DNA of 64,000 bases from Gammaproteobacteria bacterium. GTDB taxonomy: Bacteria > Pseudomonadota > Gammaproteobacteria > GCA-001735895. The notes below the pieces were generated by a model. It had not been told where the DNA came from, made no database searches, and was given only the letters and a program-made list of their open reading frames with translations. The position numbers and the translations under genes were made by a program. The first letter of the stretch is position 1. Each line of letters starts with the position of its first letter. The DNA lies in the NCBI GenBank assembly GCA_014382695.1, contig JACNJF010000142.1, positions 8,362 to 72,361 on the forward strand. The letters run 5' to 3'. Below, piece after piece: positions 31,090 to 41,698 of this stretch.

Positions 31090-33504
31090 TTACAACGTCA
31101 ATTCCACCGAAGCCTCTGATTTCTCTTCTGTTTTACTTGCACTCAGACAATTAAGAATCCGTCTGGATTCAATCTCTCCCTGCTGCAGGAAAACGGCTTT
31201 GACCTTTGCTGAACGCTGGTCAGCGAGATTGCGCATTTTTTGCTGAATTAGCTGAGCGTCCACGGTAATCGTTGCCGGGTCTACCTTTTCATCCTTTTTA
31301 GCGAGTTTTTGCAGGCGTTCCAGTTCAACAGCCAGAAGCTCTTCATGAATCGACTTTTGATCTTCCAGTGAACTGATGCCACAGGCTTTGATTTTTAATC
31401 CTGGACGTTCTTTTAAGACCTTGATGACCTTATCCAGTAGTTGTTGCTGATCATCCTTAAGATCCAGACTGTTAGTGGCAAATAATACCGGCGGCAGAGA
31501 GATATGGTTGGCGGCGGATTTAGCCAGTGAGTAGAGTGTGATCAGGGAACCCAGTGGCTGCAGGCTATGCTTCAGGTAACTGAGAGAGGCGGATTGCATG
31601 GCCTTACCCATCGCCTGATTGATGACCAGGCTTAAGTCAAAATCCGGTTGGTCGATGTTGCCACGTACCGGTAACTCCAGTTGAATGATATTTTCACTGT
31701 CCTTTAAGGTTGAAATGGCCAGGTCGATCGACATCCCAGACGCACTGGAGACCTGTTCGGCAGTTTGCGAGTTGGTTTCGACAATTTCAATGCTATCCAC
31801 TTTCAACCGTATCAGGGCGTCAATCTCACGCTTGATCAGGCTAAGATCGATATCGGTATCGACAACGCCGCTTTTCATGCCATAACCCATGGCCTGCGTG
31901 GTGTAAGGTGTGACTGGAGGTAGATCGAGCTGTTTAATTTGCGCCTTTAATGTTAATGCGGTGGAAGGATCAAACAGCAGGCCATCTCCAGTCAGATCTA
32001 TGCCGGTGTACTCACCCTGCCGTATGGCAACTACAAAATGTGCATTGTTAGCCGGGGAGAGCTGGGTAATTTCGATCTGGTTTAGAAATAGCTGGGTGTG
32101 GTAGTTTGGTGTCACGCTCTGATCGGTAAAGTCTATGCTGCCGGGTTCAGCAAGTGTTATTGCGGCGATCGAAATTTGAAGCGGCTTATCTGTTTTACTA
32201 TCGGCTTCTGTCTGGTCTGGTCCAGTCGGAATCATGGCATCCAGTGTGTTTTGCAGTGGGGCAATTTGAGCCAGTTGTTTTTGTGCCGTAATATTCAGCT
32301 GGAGTGCGGGCTTGTGGATGCTTATCTGTCCAATACTGAGCGCAGCTGAATCAGAGTCAAGTTTCAGCTTAGACATACTTAAAGCATTCAGGCTAACAAA
32401 ACTTTCATTACTGCTGGTATTTATCAGCTTCAGTTTATCCAGATCCAGTTGTTCAAAACTGATCGACTGCAGGGATTTTTCCAGCGCATCAATGCTCAGT
32501 CGATCGAACGACGCGATCGTATAGTCCTGGCTGGTGTCGACCGTTTTGCTGCCGTTGATTTCGAGTCGGCCTTTGACCGAAAGTTGATTGTTTGCCTGTA
32601 GATCAGTGCTGCCTTTCCAGTGTACTTTACTTACCGACTGGTTTAGTTGTAGATAATCGAGCTCCAACTCATTGAGTTGAAGCTCATTCGTAGTGCTAGC
32701 AATAATGGAGCTGGCAAGGGTTACATCAAAATCTGTTTTCAGGCTGAAAGTACCCTGTTTTATCGTTACGTAATCCCGATAAAATTTCGCATAGGGCGTT
32801 AACGTCAGATTTGTCAATGTACCCTGTCCCTTAATGTGGGGATCTGAAGCAAACAGTAACAGTTCGGCGGAGAGGCTGAGCGAGGCGTCATCAATCTTCA
32901 AATCAGCGCTCAGCCTTGTCGGGCTGGATGAGTTCCAGGATTCTAGTCCGTTCAGACTCAGGCGCTTAATGCTAACTTTTTGCGAAAATTCTGATTCCTG
33001 ATAATGGATGCTGCTGGAATCGATGGAGAGCTGCTTGATACCATATCCGAAGGAATTTTCGCTGCTGGAGGGAGCATCGGCTTCTTTACTGGCGGAAGCA
33101 TCTGCAGCAGGAAGCTTGACCCCGTTGATAACAAAGTCGCCATTTTTATTGCGCTGTATAACGGCATTCAGGCCATCCAGCAGCAGGCTGTTGACGATCA
33201 GTTTTCGGGAGAAAAGATCCAGCATCTGCAGATCAACCGCTAGATGCTTTAACCTTAGTGGCTCAACGTTTCCAGCACTGAAACTTAACTGTTTAAGCTC
33301 GACGCTACCGGCGAACAGATTCAGCTCGATATCATCGATCGTTACCAGAGTGGCGCCGTGTTTTTTAAGCAGGTGGATGATGCTATATTGGATGATGACT
33401 GGAAGGATGAGTACTATCAGTGCAAATATAGAGGCACTTATGCTCATTCTTCTCAGGCTGTTATTCTTCCAGTAGGCTTGTAACAGATGTTTTACAGGTT
33501 GCAT
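31090..33504 (-). CDS. DUF748/AsmA-like large envelope protein
   Basis: 804 aa with an N-terminal TM anchor and a long repetitive beta-rich periplasmic region. Confidence 0.55.
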   Translation of the reverse strand: MQPVKHLLQAYWKNNSLRRMSISASIFALIVLILPVIIQYSIIHLLKKHGATLVTIDDIELNLFAGSVELKQLSFSAGNVEPLRLKHLAVDLQMLDLFSRKLIVNSLLLDGLNAVIQRNKNGDFVINGVKLPAADASASKEADAPSSSENSFGYGIKQLSIDSSSIHYQESEFSQKVSIKRLSLNGLESWNSSSPTRLSADLKIDDASLSLSAELLLFASDPHIKGQGTLTNLTLTPYAKFYRDYVTIKQGTFSLKTDFDVTLASSIIASTTNELQLNELELDYLQLNQSVSKVHWKGSTDLQANNQLSVKGRLEINGSKTVDTSQDYTIASFDRLSIDALEKSLQSISFEQLDLDKLKLINTSSNESFVSLNALSMSKLKLDSDSAALSIGQISIHKPALQLNITAQKQLAQIAPLQNTLDAMIPTGPDQTEADSKTDKPLQISIAAITLAEPGSIDFTDQSVTPNYHTQLFLNQIEITQLSPANNAHFVVAIRQGEYTGIDLTGDGLLFDPSTALTLKAQIKQLDLPPVTPYTTQAMGYGMKSGVVDTDIDLSLIKREIDALIRLKVDSIEIVETNSQTAEQVSSASGMSIDLAISTLKDSENIIQLELPVRGNIDQPDFDLSLVINQAMGKAMQSASLSYLKHSLQPLGSLITLYSLAKSAANHISLPPVLFATNSLDLKDDQQQLLDKVIKVLKERPGLKIKACGISSLEDQKSIHEELLAVELERLQKLAKKDEKVDPATITVDAQLIQQKMRNLADQRSAKVKAVFLQQGEIESRRILNCLSASKTEEKSEASVELTL

Positions 33505-33550
33505 GGCATTTAAAAAATTAATAATTCAAAATATTATAACTGACTAAATT

Positions 33551-34324
33551 ATGAGCAGGCTATATCTGAATCACAGTTCTGTAGGTGAAGGCTATCCTTT
33601 AATCGTTATTCACGGTTTATTTGGTTCGTCACGTAACTGGCAGGCACTATCAAAGTTATTTGCACGTAGTTTTCGTGTCATCACGGTGGATCTGAGAAAT
33701 CATGGGGATTCATTCCATGCGCCAGAGATGGGGTATGCGCTAATGGCTGGTGATGTACTCGATTTGATGGATTATTTGGCGATCGATTCGGCCCATATAC
33801 TGGGGCATAGTATGGGCGGTAAGCTGGCCATGCAACTTGCCCAGATGGCGCCCGAGCGGGTCAATAAACTGGTGGTGGCGGATATTGCGCCGGTTACCTA
33901 CGGCCACAGTTACCATGACATCATCGCACCGGTAAGGGCTATGGATTTATCCTTAATCAGTAGCCGGAAACAGGCGGATAGCGAGCTCGAACAGGGCATT
34001 CCTGATCAGCGCATCCGCCAGTTTATTATGCAGAATCTGTCGATACAGGATGGGAAGGCGAGCTGGAAACTTAACTGGGAAGCGATTCAGAATAATATCG
34101 ATACTGTTATCGGCTATGTAAATATTGCTCACTGGAGCATCCATAATCCCACGCTGTTTATTCGTGGCGGTGCTTCAGGCTATGTCACTGCACAAGGCTG
34201 GGCCCTGATTCAGCAGCATTTTTTGCAGGCTGAATTAATCACGCTGGATAAAGCCGGGCACTGGTTGCATGCGGAACAGCCGGCTGCCTTTGCTGAACAG
34301 GTTGTGCGATTTTTGCAGCGCTAA
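33551..34324 (+). CDS. alpha/beta hydrolase (YbfF-like esterase)
   Basis: HGLFGS oxyanion region, GHSMGG nucleophile elbow, 257 aa. Confidence 0.8.
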   Translation: MSRLYLNHSSVGEGYPLIVIHGLFGSSRNWQALSKLFARSFRVITVDLRNHGDSFHAPEMGYALMAGDVLDLMDYLAIDSAHILGHSMGGKLAMQLAQMAPERVNKLVVADIAPVTYGHSYHDIIAPVRAMDLSLISSRKQADSELEQGIPDQRIRQFIMQNLSIQDGKASWKLNWEAIQNNIDTVIGYVNIAHWSIHNPTLFIRGGASGYVTAQGWALIQQHFLQAELITLDKAGHWLHAEQPAAFAEQVVRFLQR

Positions 34325-34410
34325 GGTTTTACGAGGTTGCTATTTAATGCTCAAGTTTTCAGGCTTTTGAACGATACAGAGCTATATGCTTCCTTAACAT
34401 AATCGCGACC

Positions 34411-35277
34411 ATGAATAAATTTCTACTGACATTGCTGACATTGCTCTGGTCTGTAACGTCGATGGCATCGACGGAACGGGTGTATATGTCGCCAATGGAA
34501 GCCTCCAGCTGGACCTTAACTTCCGACTCTATTCTGCGTTGTGAGCTGGAGCATAGCATTCCAGGTTTCGGCAAGGCCGTGTTTTATCGGGAAAGTGGAC
34601 GCGTTCTGGGTCTCAAATTCATTTCCGATTACCGTTATAAAAAAGATATGGAAGTTGCCTTTCGCTCTATCTCAGCGAGCTGGAAGGGTGTGCAGACCGT
34701 TGCCGATCTGGCAAAATTAAAATCCACGGGTAGTCACTCGATGGTGAGTATCAACAGCAATGCGGCTAGTTATGCCTACTTTGAGTTGCGTCAGGGATAT
34801 CAGCCCAGCCTGTATTTTATCAATGACGAGTTTGGCACCCAGGCGGTTTCAGTGATTCTGTCGACGGTCAATTTCAGTGCCGTCGATACTCCGTTTAGTG
34901 ATTGTGTGGCCAGGCTTTATCCCGACCATTTTGATGATGTAAAGCTGGCCCGGGTACAGTTTGATTTTGATGATGAGTTTCCACTTCCAGCGGAAGAGGA
35001 AAGAGCCCTCGGTCGAATGCTGAGCTATCTTAAGGTTGATAACAGCATTCAGAGCATTCTGGTTAGTGGGCATGCCGATTATAAGGGAACCCGCTGTTAC
35101 AACGATACGCTTTCCGCCCGTCGCGCCTGGTATGTGTATGATTATCTGATGCAAAGTGGCGTCGACTCCAGGAAGTTGCGTATTGAGTTCAAGGGCGAAT
35201 CTAGCCCTCTGGTTCAAGGTAAGGACGATAAATCCAGAGCAAAAAACCGGCGGGTTGAGGTTCGCCTGCAGAAATAA
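34411..35277 (+). CDS. motY: MotY-like flagellar motor T-ring protein (OmpA-family C-terminus)
   Basis: Signal peptide. The N-domain pattern SW...LRCELEHSIPGFGKAVF and FSDCVARLY match Vibrio MotY from memory; C-terminal OmpA-like fold ends NRRVEV. Confidence 0.6.
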   Translation: MNKFLLTLLTLLWSVTSMASTERVYMSPMEASSWTLTSDSILRCELEHSIPGFGKAVFYRESGRVLGLKFISDYRYKKDMEVAFRSISASWKGVQTVADLAKLKSTGSHSMVSINSNAASYAYFELRQGYQPSLYFINDEFGTQAVSVILSTVNFSAVDTPFSDCVARLYPDHFDDVKLARVQFDFDDEFPLPAEEERALGRMLSYLKVDNSIQSILVSGHADYKGTRCYNDTLSARRAWYVYDYLMQSGVDSRKLRIEFKGESSPLVQGKDDKSRAKNRRVEVRLQK

Positions 35278-35394
35278 ATAATTGGTCAAGGTGTGTGGGT
35301 TTCTGGTGCTGGAGCAGGGAGGGGCTATTAACCTTACTTATAGGCTGACTATTAAATAACAGGCCTTTGTATACTCAGTCGATAATTTACTGAA

Positions 35395-35805
35395 TTGGAA
35401 AAGCCTATGACAAGTTCCAGTACTGATCGTCGTGTGTTACTCACTAATCATATTATGGATTTACTGGATAGCTGGGGGACCGATGGCCCGCAGAAAATTA
35501 TTCTACTGGGGTTGCCTGACGATATGCGTGTCAGGAAGCTGGAACGCTACCGTCAGGACGAGTCATTTCCTGACACCGAAATCGTCAATCAGCACCTTGA
35601 ACATCTGGTTGGCATTGCAGATGCCTTGCGTACCAGTTACCCACGTAATACCGAAATGTGTGCACTTTGGTTACATAAGCCGCATAAACGCTTTGAAAAC
35701 CAGGAACCACTGGCGGTAATGTTGAATAAAGGCCTGCAAGGTCTTATTCAGGTACGTTCCCAGCTGGATTGTTCATTTGCCTGGAATGTCTCTGGATCGG
35801 CATAA
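35395..35805 (+). CDS. DUF2384-like (Xre/MbcA/ParS antitoxin toxin-binding domain) protein without HTH
   Basis: C-terminal region ALRTSYPRNTEMCALWLHKPHKRFENQEPLAVMLNKGLQGLIQVRSQL fits the DUF2384 consensus. Confidence 0.45.
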   Translation: MEKPMTSSSTDRRVLLTNHIMDLLDSWGTDGPQKIILLGLPDDMRVRKLERYRQDESFPDTEIVNQHLEHLVGIADALRTSYPRNTEMCALWLHKPHKRFENQEPLAVMLNKGLQGLIQVRSQLDCSFAWNVSGSA

Positions 35806-35931
35806 ACTACACCAATAGCCCTCTCATTCTGATCAATTATTTTAAGCTTCTATTACTTAAGTGATAGATAATCATTGAAAATCTATTCCATATTGGTTAT
35901 AAATCTCTTGTGAATAACTAAAGAGACCATC

Positions 35932-36369
35932 ATGGAGCATCATTTAAATATATCGAAAGCGGCAAAGCTGGTTGGAATAGGTCGCCGTCAGATACAGCAG
36001 GAAATTAAAGCGGGAAATCTTGATGTATTTGAAGGGGATGTGTCGGTCTCTTCGCTGCTGGAATTTTATCCTGAACTGGTTCTGGATAATGAAAAAGAGC
36101 TGGATCGGGTCGAGCGGATTCAGAATAACGCCGTTTTTAAGGTACAGATGGATTCGATGCCATCCCAACGTGTTTTAGCTGAGCAGCTCAATCGCATGCA
36201 GGTGAAACTGCTTGAGGCGGAGCAAAAGGTGTCTGAATACGAAGGCCTGTTGATGGAATCCAAGCAGCGCCTGGAATTGATGCAAAAAGACTGTGATCGA
36301 AAGCAAAAGCAGGCTCTGGCCGCTTTTATTGGCTGGATGACTACCCAGTATCGCCAGTATCATGGCTAG
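35932..36369 (+). CDS. HTH_17/excisionase-like DNA-binding protein with C-terminal coiled coil
   Basis: LNISKAAKLVGIGRRQIQQEIKAGNLDVF is a MerR/excisionase-type HTH, followed by about 80 aa of heptad-rich sequence. Confidence 0.5.
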   Translation: MEHHLNISKAAKLVGIGRRQIQQEIKAGNLDVFEGDVSVSSLLEFYPELVLDNEKELDRVERIQNNAVFKVQMDSMPSQRVLAEQLNRMQVKLLEAEQKVSEYEGLLMESKQRLELMQKDCDRKQKQALAAFIGWMTTQYRQYHG

Positions 36370-36491
36370 TTGATAGCTTAGTTACTGTTTCGAATCTACC
36401 CCTGCCATTTAATATCCAGCAGGATATTCTGGATTGACTCCTTCCCCCGGGTTTAGCAAACAGTTCTAGCGCTAATCCCTGACATTATTGC

Positions 36492-39161
36492 TTAATCAGG
36501 CTGAGCCCCTGTCTTTACTTTCTGGCTGGTCTGCAGTAATTGCTCAAACTCATCGGCAGGAACCGGTCTGGAAAATAAATAGCCCTGACCATAATCACAG
36601 CCGGCGCTGGATAATAATTGACGCTGCTGCGTGGTTTCTATGCCCTCTGCGATTACCTTCAGTCCGAGTTTATGAGCCATTACAATGATGGCTTCGCAAA
36701 GTGACATGTCGTCACTGTCCGGTTGCAGGTTCTGTACAAACGAGCGGTCGATCTTGATATAGTCGATATGGAGTTTTCTTAGATAAGATAAAGAGGAATA
36801 ACCGGTCCCAAAATCATCCAGTGAAACCTGCATGCCCTCATCACGAAACATAAACAATTTATCGGTGACTTTCGACATGGTCTCCATTAACAGGCCCTCG
36901 GTAATTTCAACGGCGATGGCACGTCCTGGTAATCCGAGAGACTTCAAATGGTCGAGCCAGAGCTTGATATTAAAGTCTTCGTTCAGGTATTGAACAGGAG
37001 AGGTATTGATTGAAATCTGGAAATCAGCACAGTAGGCGTTACGCCAGAGGGCAGTCTGCTGAGCCGCTTGATGGAATACCCAGTCGCCAATCTCCATGAT
37101 CATTCTGGTTTCTTCGGCAATCGGGATAAACTTATCCGGGCTGACCGCACCTCTCACCGGATGATGCCAGCGCAGTAGCGCTTCCGCTTTATGAATATCG
37201 CCGGTTGAGAGTTCAATGATCGGCTGATAAAACAGTTGGAACTGTCCGTCAGGTAGTGCGTTACGTAAATCTTTGATCATTAGCATGCGTGTAAAAGCGG
37301 CTTCCTGCATCAGCGGGGTAAAGTACTGAAAACAGTTGCGTCCTATTTTTTTAGCGGAATACATGGCCTGATCCGCATTCTTCAGCATCTGTTCTGCCGA
37401 TGTCGCATCCTGTGGATAAAAAGTGATGCCGATACTGGTAGAGATATAGGCTTTTTCAAGTCCGAGTTCGAACGGTACAGCCATCTGCTGCAGGATGTCA
37501 TTGGCGACACGGTCAACATCGCTCGACCGGCTCAGGCCGCTCATAATGACGGTGAATTCATCACCCCCCAGTCGGGCAAGCGTATCAGCTTCGCGGATAT
37601 AAGCACTTAAACGATCGGCAAACTGTTTCAGCAGCAGGTCACCGGCATCATGGCCGAGTGTGTCGTTGACTTCCTTGAACTGGTCCAGATCAAGGTACAG
37701 TAAGGCAACGCTGAGATTGTCACGTTTTGCCTGCTTAATTTCATGCTCCAGCTGGTTTTGTAACATCTGCCGATTGGCTAAACCAGTCAACGGGTCAAAA
37801 TTAGCCTGGTTCCATATTAGTTCTTCTGATTGCTTACGTTCGGTAATATCTCTGAACCACCAGACGCGACCATAGTATTGACCTTCCTGGGCAAACATCG
37901 GAGCAGAGTAGCTTTCAAATATCCGCTGATTCCGGGTTACTATTTCGTCGGCGCTGGACTCTGTTTGATTTTTATAAAGATAACTCAGCTTGCGGCTAAA
38001 TTGATCTGGTTCGGCAAGCTGTTTGGTGATGGTGGCGAGCACCTGTTCAGAACAATTTGAGCTTATAACCGATGGCAATACTCCCCACTGAAGAATGAAG
38101 CGCTGGTTAATCGAGATAATTTTACCCTCGGCATCGAGTGAGAAAATACCGTCCATGGATGCTTCCTGCTGAGTAACGAGCAAGGTGTTCTTCAGTTTTA
38201 TTTCGTCCTGAGCCTGTTTCTGCTGAGTAATGTCTTCGCACAAAGAAGATAAGCCGACGGGTTTACCCTCTTTGTTTAGTATCGGTGTGTTATACCATTC
38301 ACAGGTAATTAAACGCCCGTCTTTGGTGATGTTTTGGTTGATATTTCGTCTGCCGCCATTTTGAGTCAGAATCTGTTGGAAAAGTTTATGAAGTTCTTGC
38401 TTAAGCTGGGAGGGAATGACTAATTCCATCGCATGCCTGCCCAGTGCTTCGTCAGCGCTGTAGCCAAAAATTTGTTCTGCTGCTTTATTCCATTGCGTAC
38501 AACAGAAACTTTCATCCCATGAGATAGCGGCTAAAGGTGTGTTTTGAAGATGGAGAGATAACCTGGATTCGCTTTCCGCTAATGCAGCCTCTGTTTTAAA
38601 TCTATTTTCAATGTCCTGTAACAGCAATCCCAGAATGACGGTCGCAGGGGTGAAGGTTAAGATAAGTGGCAGTGCTACACTTCCCATGACCTGTTGAACA
38701 ACGCCTGCCGGTAATTGAGTGAACAGCAATATCTCGATAGCGTGGACAATAAACCCGAACAGCAGAAGTTGCAGCACCGTTATTTTTAACCAGCCTTTTT
38801 GCCATCCATATCGATATAGCAGACCCAGTAAAGCACTCGTGATTACCACGCTGACTCCGACATAAACTCCGCCACCGCCGATCCAGATTCTATACCCGCC
38901 GGCAATTACCGATGCAATCAGGGTAACCAGCGGGCCACCAAAAACACCTGCCAGGGCAATAATGACGGAGCGTGGATCAAATATGACGCCGGGAATAAGT
39001 TCTATCGGCAGCAGCATTCCGATAATACAGATGACACCAAAAAGAATGCCGGAAAATAGTTGCCCGGTAATTTTATTACTGTTGCTAAATCGAATGATAA
39101 ATCCATACAACAGGCTAAGGGTAAGTAGCAGGGCGCTTGCCTTAATCAGTTCAAGTATCAT
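36492..39161 (-). CDS. membrane sensor, PAS-PAS-GGDEF-EAL (bifunctional c-di-GMP cyclase/phosphodiesterase)
   Basis: N-terminal multi-TM domain, two PAS/PAC regions, READ-x5-GGDEF (I-site and A-site), EALLRW EAL signature. Confidence 0.85.
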   Translation of the reverse strand: MILELIKASALLLTLSLLYGFIIRFSNSNKITGQLFSGILFGVICIIGMLLPIELIPGVIFDPRSVIIALAGVFGGPLVTLIASVIAGGYRIWIGGGGVYVGVSVVITSALLGLLYRYGWQKGWLKITVLQLLLFGFIVHAIEILLFTQLPAGVVQQVMGSVALPLILTFTPATVILGLLLQDIENRFKTEAALAESESRLSLHLQNTPLAAISWDESFCCTQWNKAAEQIFGYSADEALGRHAMELVIPSQLKQELHKLFQQILTQNGGRRNINQNITKDGRLITCEWYNTPILNKEGKPVGLSSLCEDITQQKQAQDEIKLKNTLLVTQQEASMDGIFSLDAEGKIISINQRFILQWGVLPSVISSNCSEQVLATITKQLAEPDQFSRKLSYLYKNQTESSADEIVTRNQRIFESYSAPMFAQEGQYYGRVWWFRDITERKQSEELIWNQANFDPLTGLANRQMLQNQLEHEIKQAKRDNLSVALLYLDLDQFKEVNDTLGHDAGDLLLKQFADRLSAYIREADTLARLGGDEFTVIMSGLSRSSDVDRVANDILQQMAVPFELGLEKAYISTSIGITFYPQDATSAEQMLKNADQAMYSAKKIGRNCFQYFTPLMQEAAFTRMLMIKDLRNALPDGQFQLFYQPIIELSTGDIHKAEALLRWHHPVRGAVSPDKFIPIAEETRMIMEIGDWVFHQAAQQTALWRNAYCADFQISINTSPVQYLNEDFNIKLWLDHLKSLGLPGRAIAVEITEGLLMETMSKVTDKLFMFRDEGMQVSLDDFGTGYSSLSYLRKLHIDYIKIDRSFVQNLQPDSDDMSLCEAIIVMAHKLGLKVIAEGIETTQQRQLLSSAGCDYGQGYLFSRPVPADEFEQLLQTSQKVKTGAQPD

Positions 39162-39487
39162 GGTGCGCTAACCCGAGGATGGTGTGCAGATAAAATTTTT
39201 TCACGGGTGAGTGATGTTTGCTTGTTCAATCGATTAAAGTCTGTCCTGACAGTGATGAATATTCAAAATTAGTTATTGCGCTTAAGGTAAGAATTAGTGG
39301 GATTAATTATTATTTATAGACCAGATTCAGCGACCCACCTGATTATTTAACGGATAGTGACACCATGTTCATCCACCGATGAATCTATTTTAAGGCACCA
39401 GAGGGCGCTAGTGTGCACTAAATGTACAAAGTATCTGAGTCTTAAATCGATTCAGCTCAGAACATCAGGGAGTGCAGCCGCTTAGGG

Positions 39488-41698
39488 TTATTTTTTTAGC
39501 AGTAGAGTGATTTCTTTTTCTGGAAGCGGTCGACTGAGTAGAAAACCCTGCACAATCGTGCAGCCTATTTTTCTTATATATTCAAGTTGCAGGCTGGTTT
39601 CTACGCCTTCAACGATAACGTCTACGCCCAGCTCCCGAGCCATCGCTACTATCGCCTTAATAATACAGGATTTTTGAGTATTGCTGGAAATACAGGCCAG
39701 GAAGGAGCGGTCGATCTTCAGGATATCGACCGGTAATGTCTGCAAGTACGAAAGCGAAGAATAACCCACTCCGAAGTCATCGATGCAAATCCCGATGCCA
39801 CATTGAACCAGGTTTTTCAGGCGCGGCAATACCTTTTCCATTTCCTGCATCAGGGAGGTTTCGGTTATCTCCAGGGTTAACAGATTGTCGGGCAGGTCAT
39901 ACAGTTTAACCAGATCACAGATCATGGTATCAAAGTGACTATCGGCCAGTTGATAGGCGGATACATTAATGCTCAGTTTAACCGGTTGTATACCCTGATC
40001 TACCCATGCTTTGATTTGCTTGCAGCCGGTATGTAGCATATACAGTCCGATATCGGCAATCAGTCCCATCTCTTCGGCAATTGGAATGAAATGGTCTGGA
40101 GTGATGAGCCCTTTTTCCGGGTGGTTCCAGCGTATCAGAGCTTCCAGTCCGATGATCTTACGATTGGTGATATCAAATTGAGGCTGATAATAGGCTTCAA
40201 ACTGGTTGTTCTCCAGTGCGCGGCGAATATCCTGTTCTATGTTGTGGCGGTGTTGATAGATACCCTGCATGTGATCAGAGAAAAATTCAAACCCATTCTT
40301 GCCACGTTCCTTGACGTGATACATCGCCATGTCCGCATTTTTAATCAGTCCATAGGTAGTTTCAGCATCATCCGGGTAGAGTGAAATGCCGATACTAAAA
40401 CCAATGGTGACTTCATGCTGTTCCAGCAGGATGGGCTGGCTGAAGGCATCCAGAATCTTTCTCGCGATAAGTCCGGCTTCGTCACGTTGGAGCAGTTCCG
40501 GGATCAGAATATTAAATTCATCGCCGCCCATGCGCGAAACGGTGTCGGTATCACGCAGGGTTTCCTGCAGGCGATGGGCAACCTGTTGTAGCAGGGCGTC
40601 ACCGATCATGTGTCCAAGCGAGTCATTGATAAACTTGAATCCGTCCATGTCGAGAAAAAGAACGGCCAGTTTGTTACTGTTTCTAATCGACTGGGAAATT
40701 GCCTGATTCAGGCGGTCTAAAAATAATTCGCGATTGGGTAAGCGGGTGAGTAAATCATGATAGGCCTGAAAGTGAATCATTTCCTGGGCCTTTTTACGTT
40801 CACTGATGTCGCGTGCTACGCCATAGGTTCCGAGATAAGGCGTGCCATCCTCCCTACGATCGTAAACGCCCATCGAACACAGCTCAATGATGATAGAGCT
40901 GGACTCAAAAGGTTTGGGGTCAATCTCAGGGTTGGCGCACTTCAATCGGAGCTCTACATTCTGGCTGGCACGTTCGCCAGTACGCCGCTCATTAAAAATA
41001 TGCTCGGCAAGGGCGATATCATCCTGATATATCAATGTGGAAAAGTGGGCACCGACCAGCTGTTCCGGGAGGAATCCCAGTAAATCGGTGACACGGTCGT
41101 TGATAAAGGTAAAGTGTCCCCGGTGATCAATCATATAAATAATGTCAGGAGAGTTACTGACAATAAAACGATAACGCTTTTCAGAGTCGGTGAGCTGCTG
41201 CTGGATAACGTCCAGATGCTTTTTCAGGGCGCGTTTATAGGTGACTTTCTGAATGGTAGTGATCAGTTGAGCGGGTTTATAGGGTTTGTTCAGGAAATCT
41301 ATAGCGCCGTCGCGAAATACACGTGCCGCATTGTTAAAGGTGGCTTCACCACTGACCACAATCACATCAACATCTAGCTCCATACCCTGTATGGTTTCGA
41401 GCACTTTATAACCATCTATTCCTGGCATCGATAGATCGAGTAACAGGATATCAATCGGCGTATGTTTTAATACCGTTAATCCAGCTTCGCCTCCATCGGC
41501 AATGGTGCAACAGTAGCCATTGGCTTCGAGCAGGGCTCTGGTACTGTACAAAATACTGGTATTGTCATCGATGATCAGTAGCTGGAAGGCTGATTTATCG
41601 ATAACTTCATAGGCTCGGGAAGTCACCTGCATCAGGGATGCAAGACTGTCCGTGGCAGAAGTTTGAGCGGTCGGTTTGCTGGTCATGTGGCGCTTCAA
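39488..41698 (-). CDS. response regulator REC-PAS-GGDEF-EAL
   Basis: REC (LIIDDNTSIL...D), PAS, RDTD-x5-GGDEF, EALIRW. The 4-bp overlap with the upstream HDOD kinase implies translational coupling. Confidence 0.85.
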   Translation of the reverse strand: MKRHMTSKPTAQTSATDSLASLMQVTSRAYEVIDKSAFQLLIIDDNTSILYSTRALLEANGYCCTIADGGEAGLTVLKHTPIDILLLDLSMPGIDGYKVLETIQGMELDVDVIVVSGEATFNNAARVFRDGAIDFLNKPYKPAQLITTIQKVTYKRALKKHLDVIQQQLTDSEKRYRFIVSNSPDIIYMIDHRGHFTFINDRVTDLLGFLPEQLVGAHFSTLIYQDDIALAEHIFNERRTGERASQNVELRLKCANPEIDPKPFESSSIIIELCSMGVYDRREDGTPYLGTYGVARDISERKKAQEMIHFQAYHDLLTRLPNRELFLDRLNQAISQSIRNSNKLAVLFLDMDGFKFINDSLGHMIGDALLQQVAHRLQETLRDTDTVSRMGGDEFNILIPELLQRDEAGLIARKILDAFSQPILLEQHEVTIGFSIGISLYPDDAETTYGLIKNADMAMYHVKERGKNGFEFFSDHMQGIYQHRHNIEQDIRRALENNQFEAYYQPQFDITNRKIIGLEALIRWNHPEKGLITPDHFIPIAEEMGLIADIGLYMLHTGCKQIKAWVDQGIQPVKLSINVSAYQLADSHFDTMICDLVKLYDLPDNLLTLEITETSLMQEMEKVLPRLKNLVQCGIGICIDDFGVGYSSLSYLQTLPVDILKIDRSFLACISSNTQKSCIIKAIVAMARELGVDVIVEGVETSLQLEYIRKIGCTIVQGFLLSRPLPEKEITLLLKK

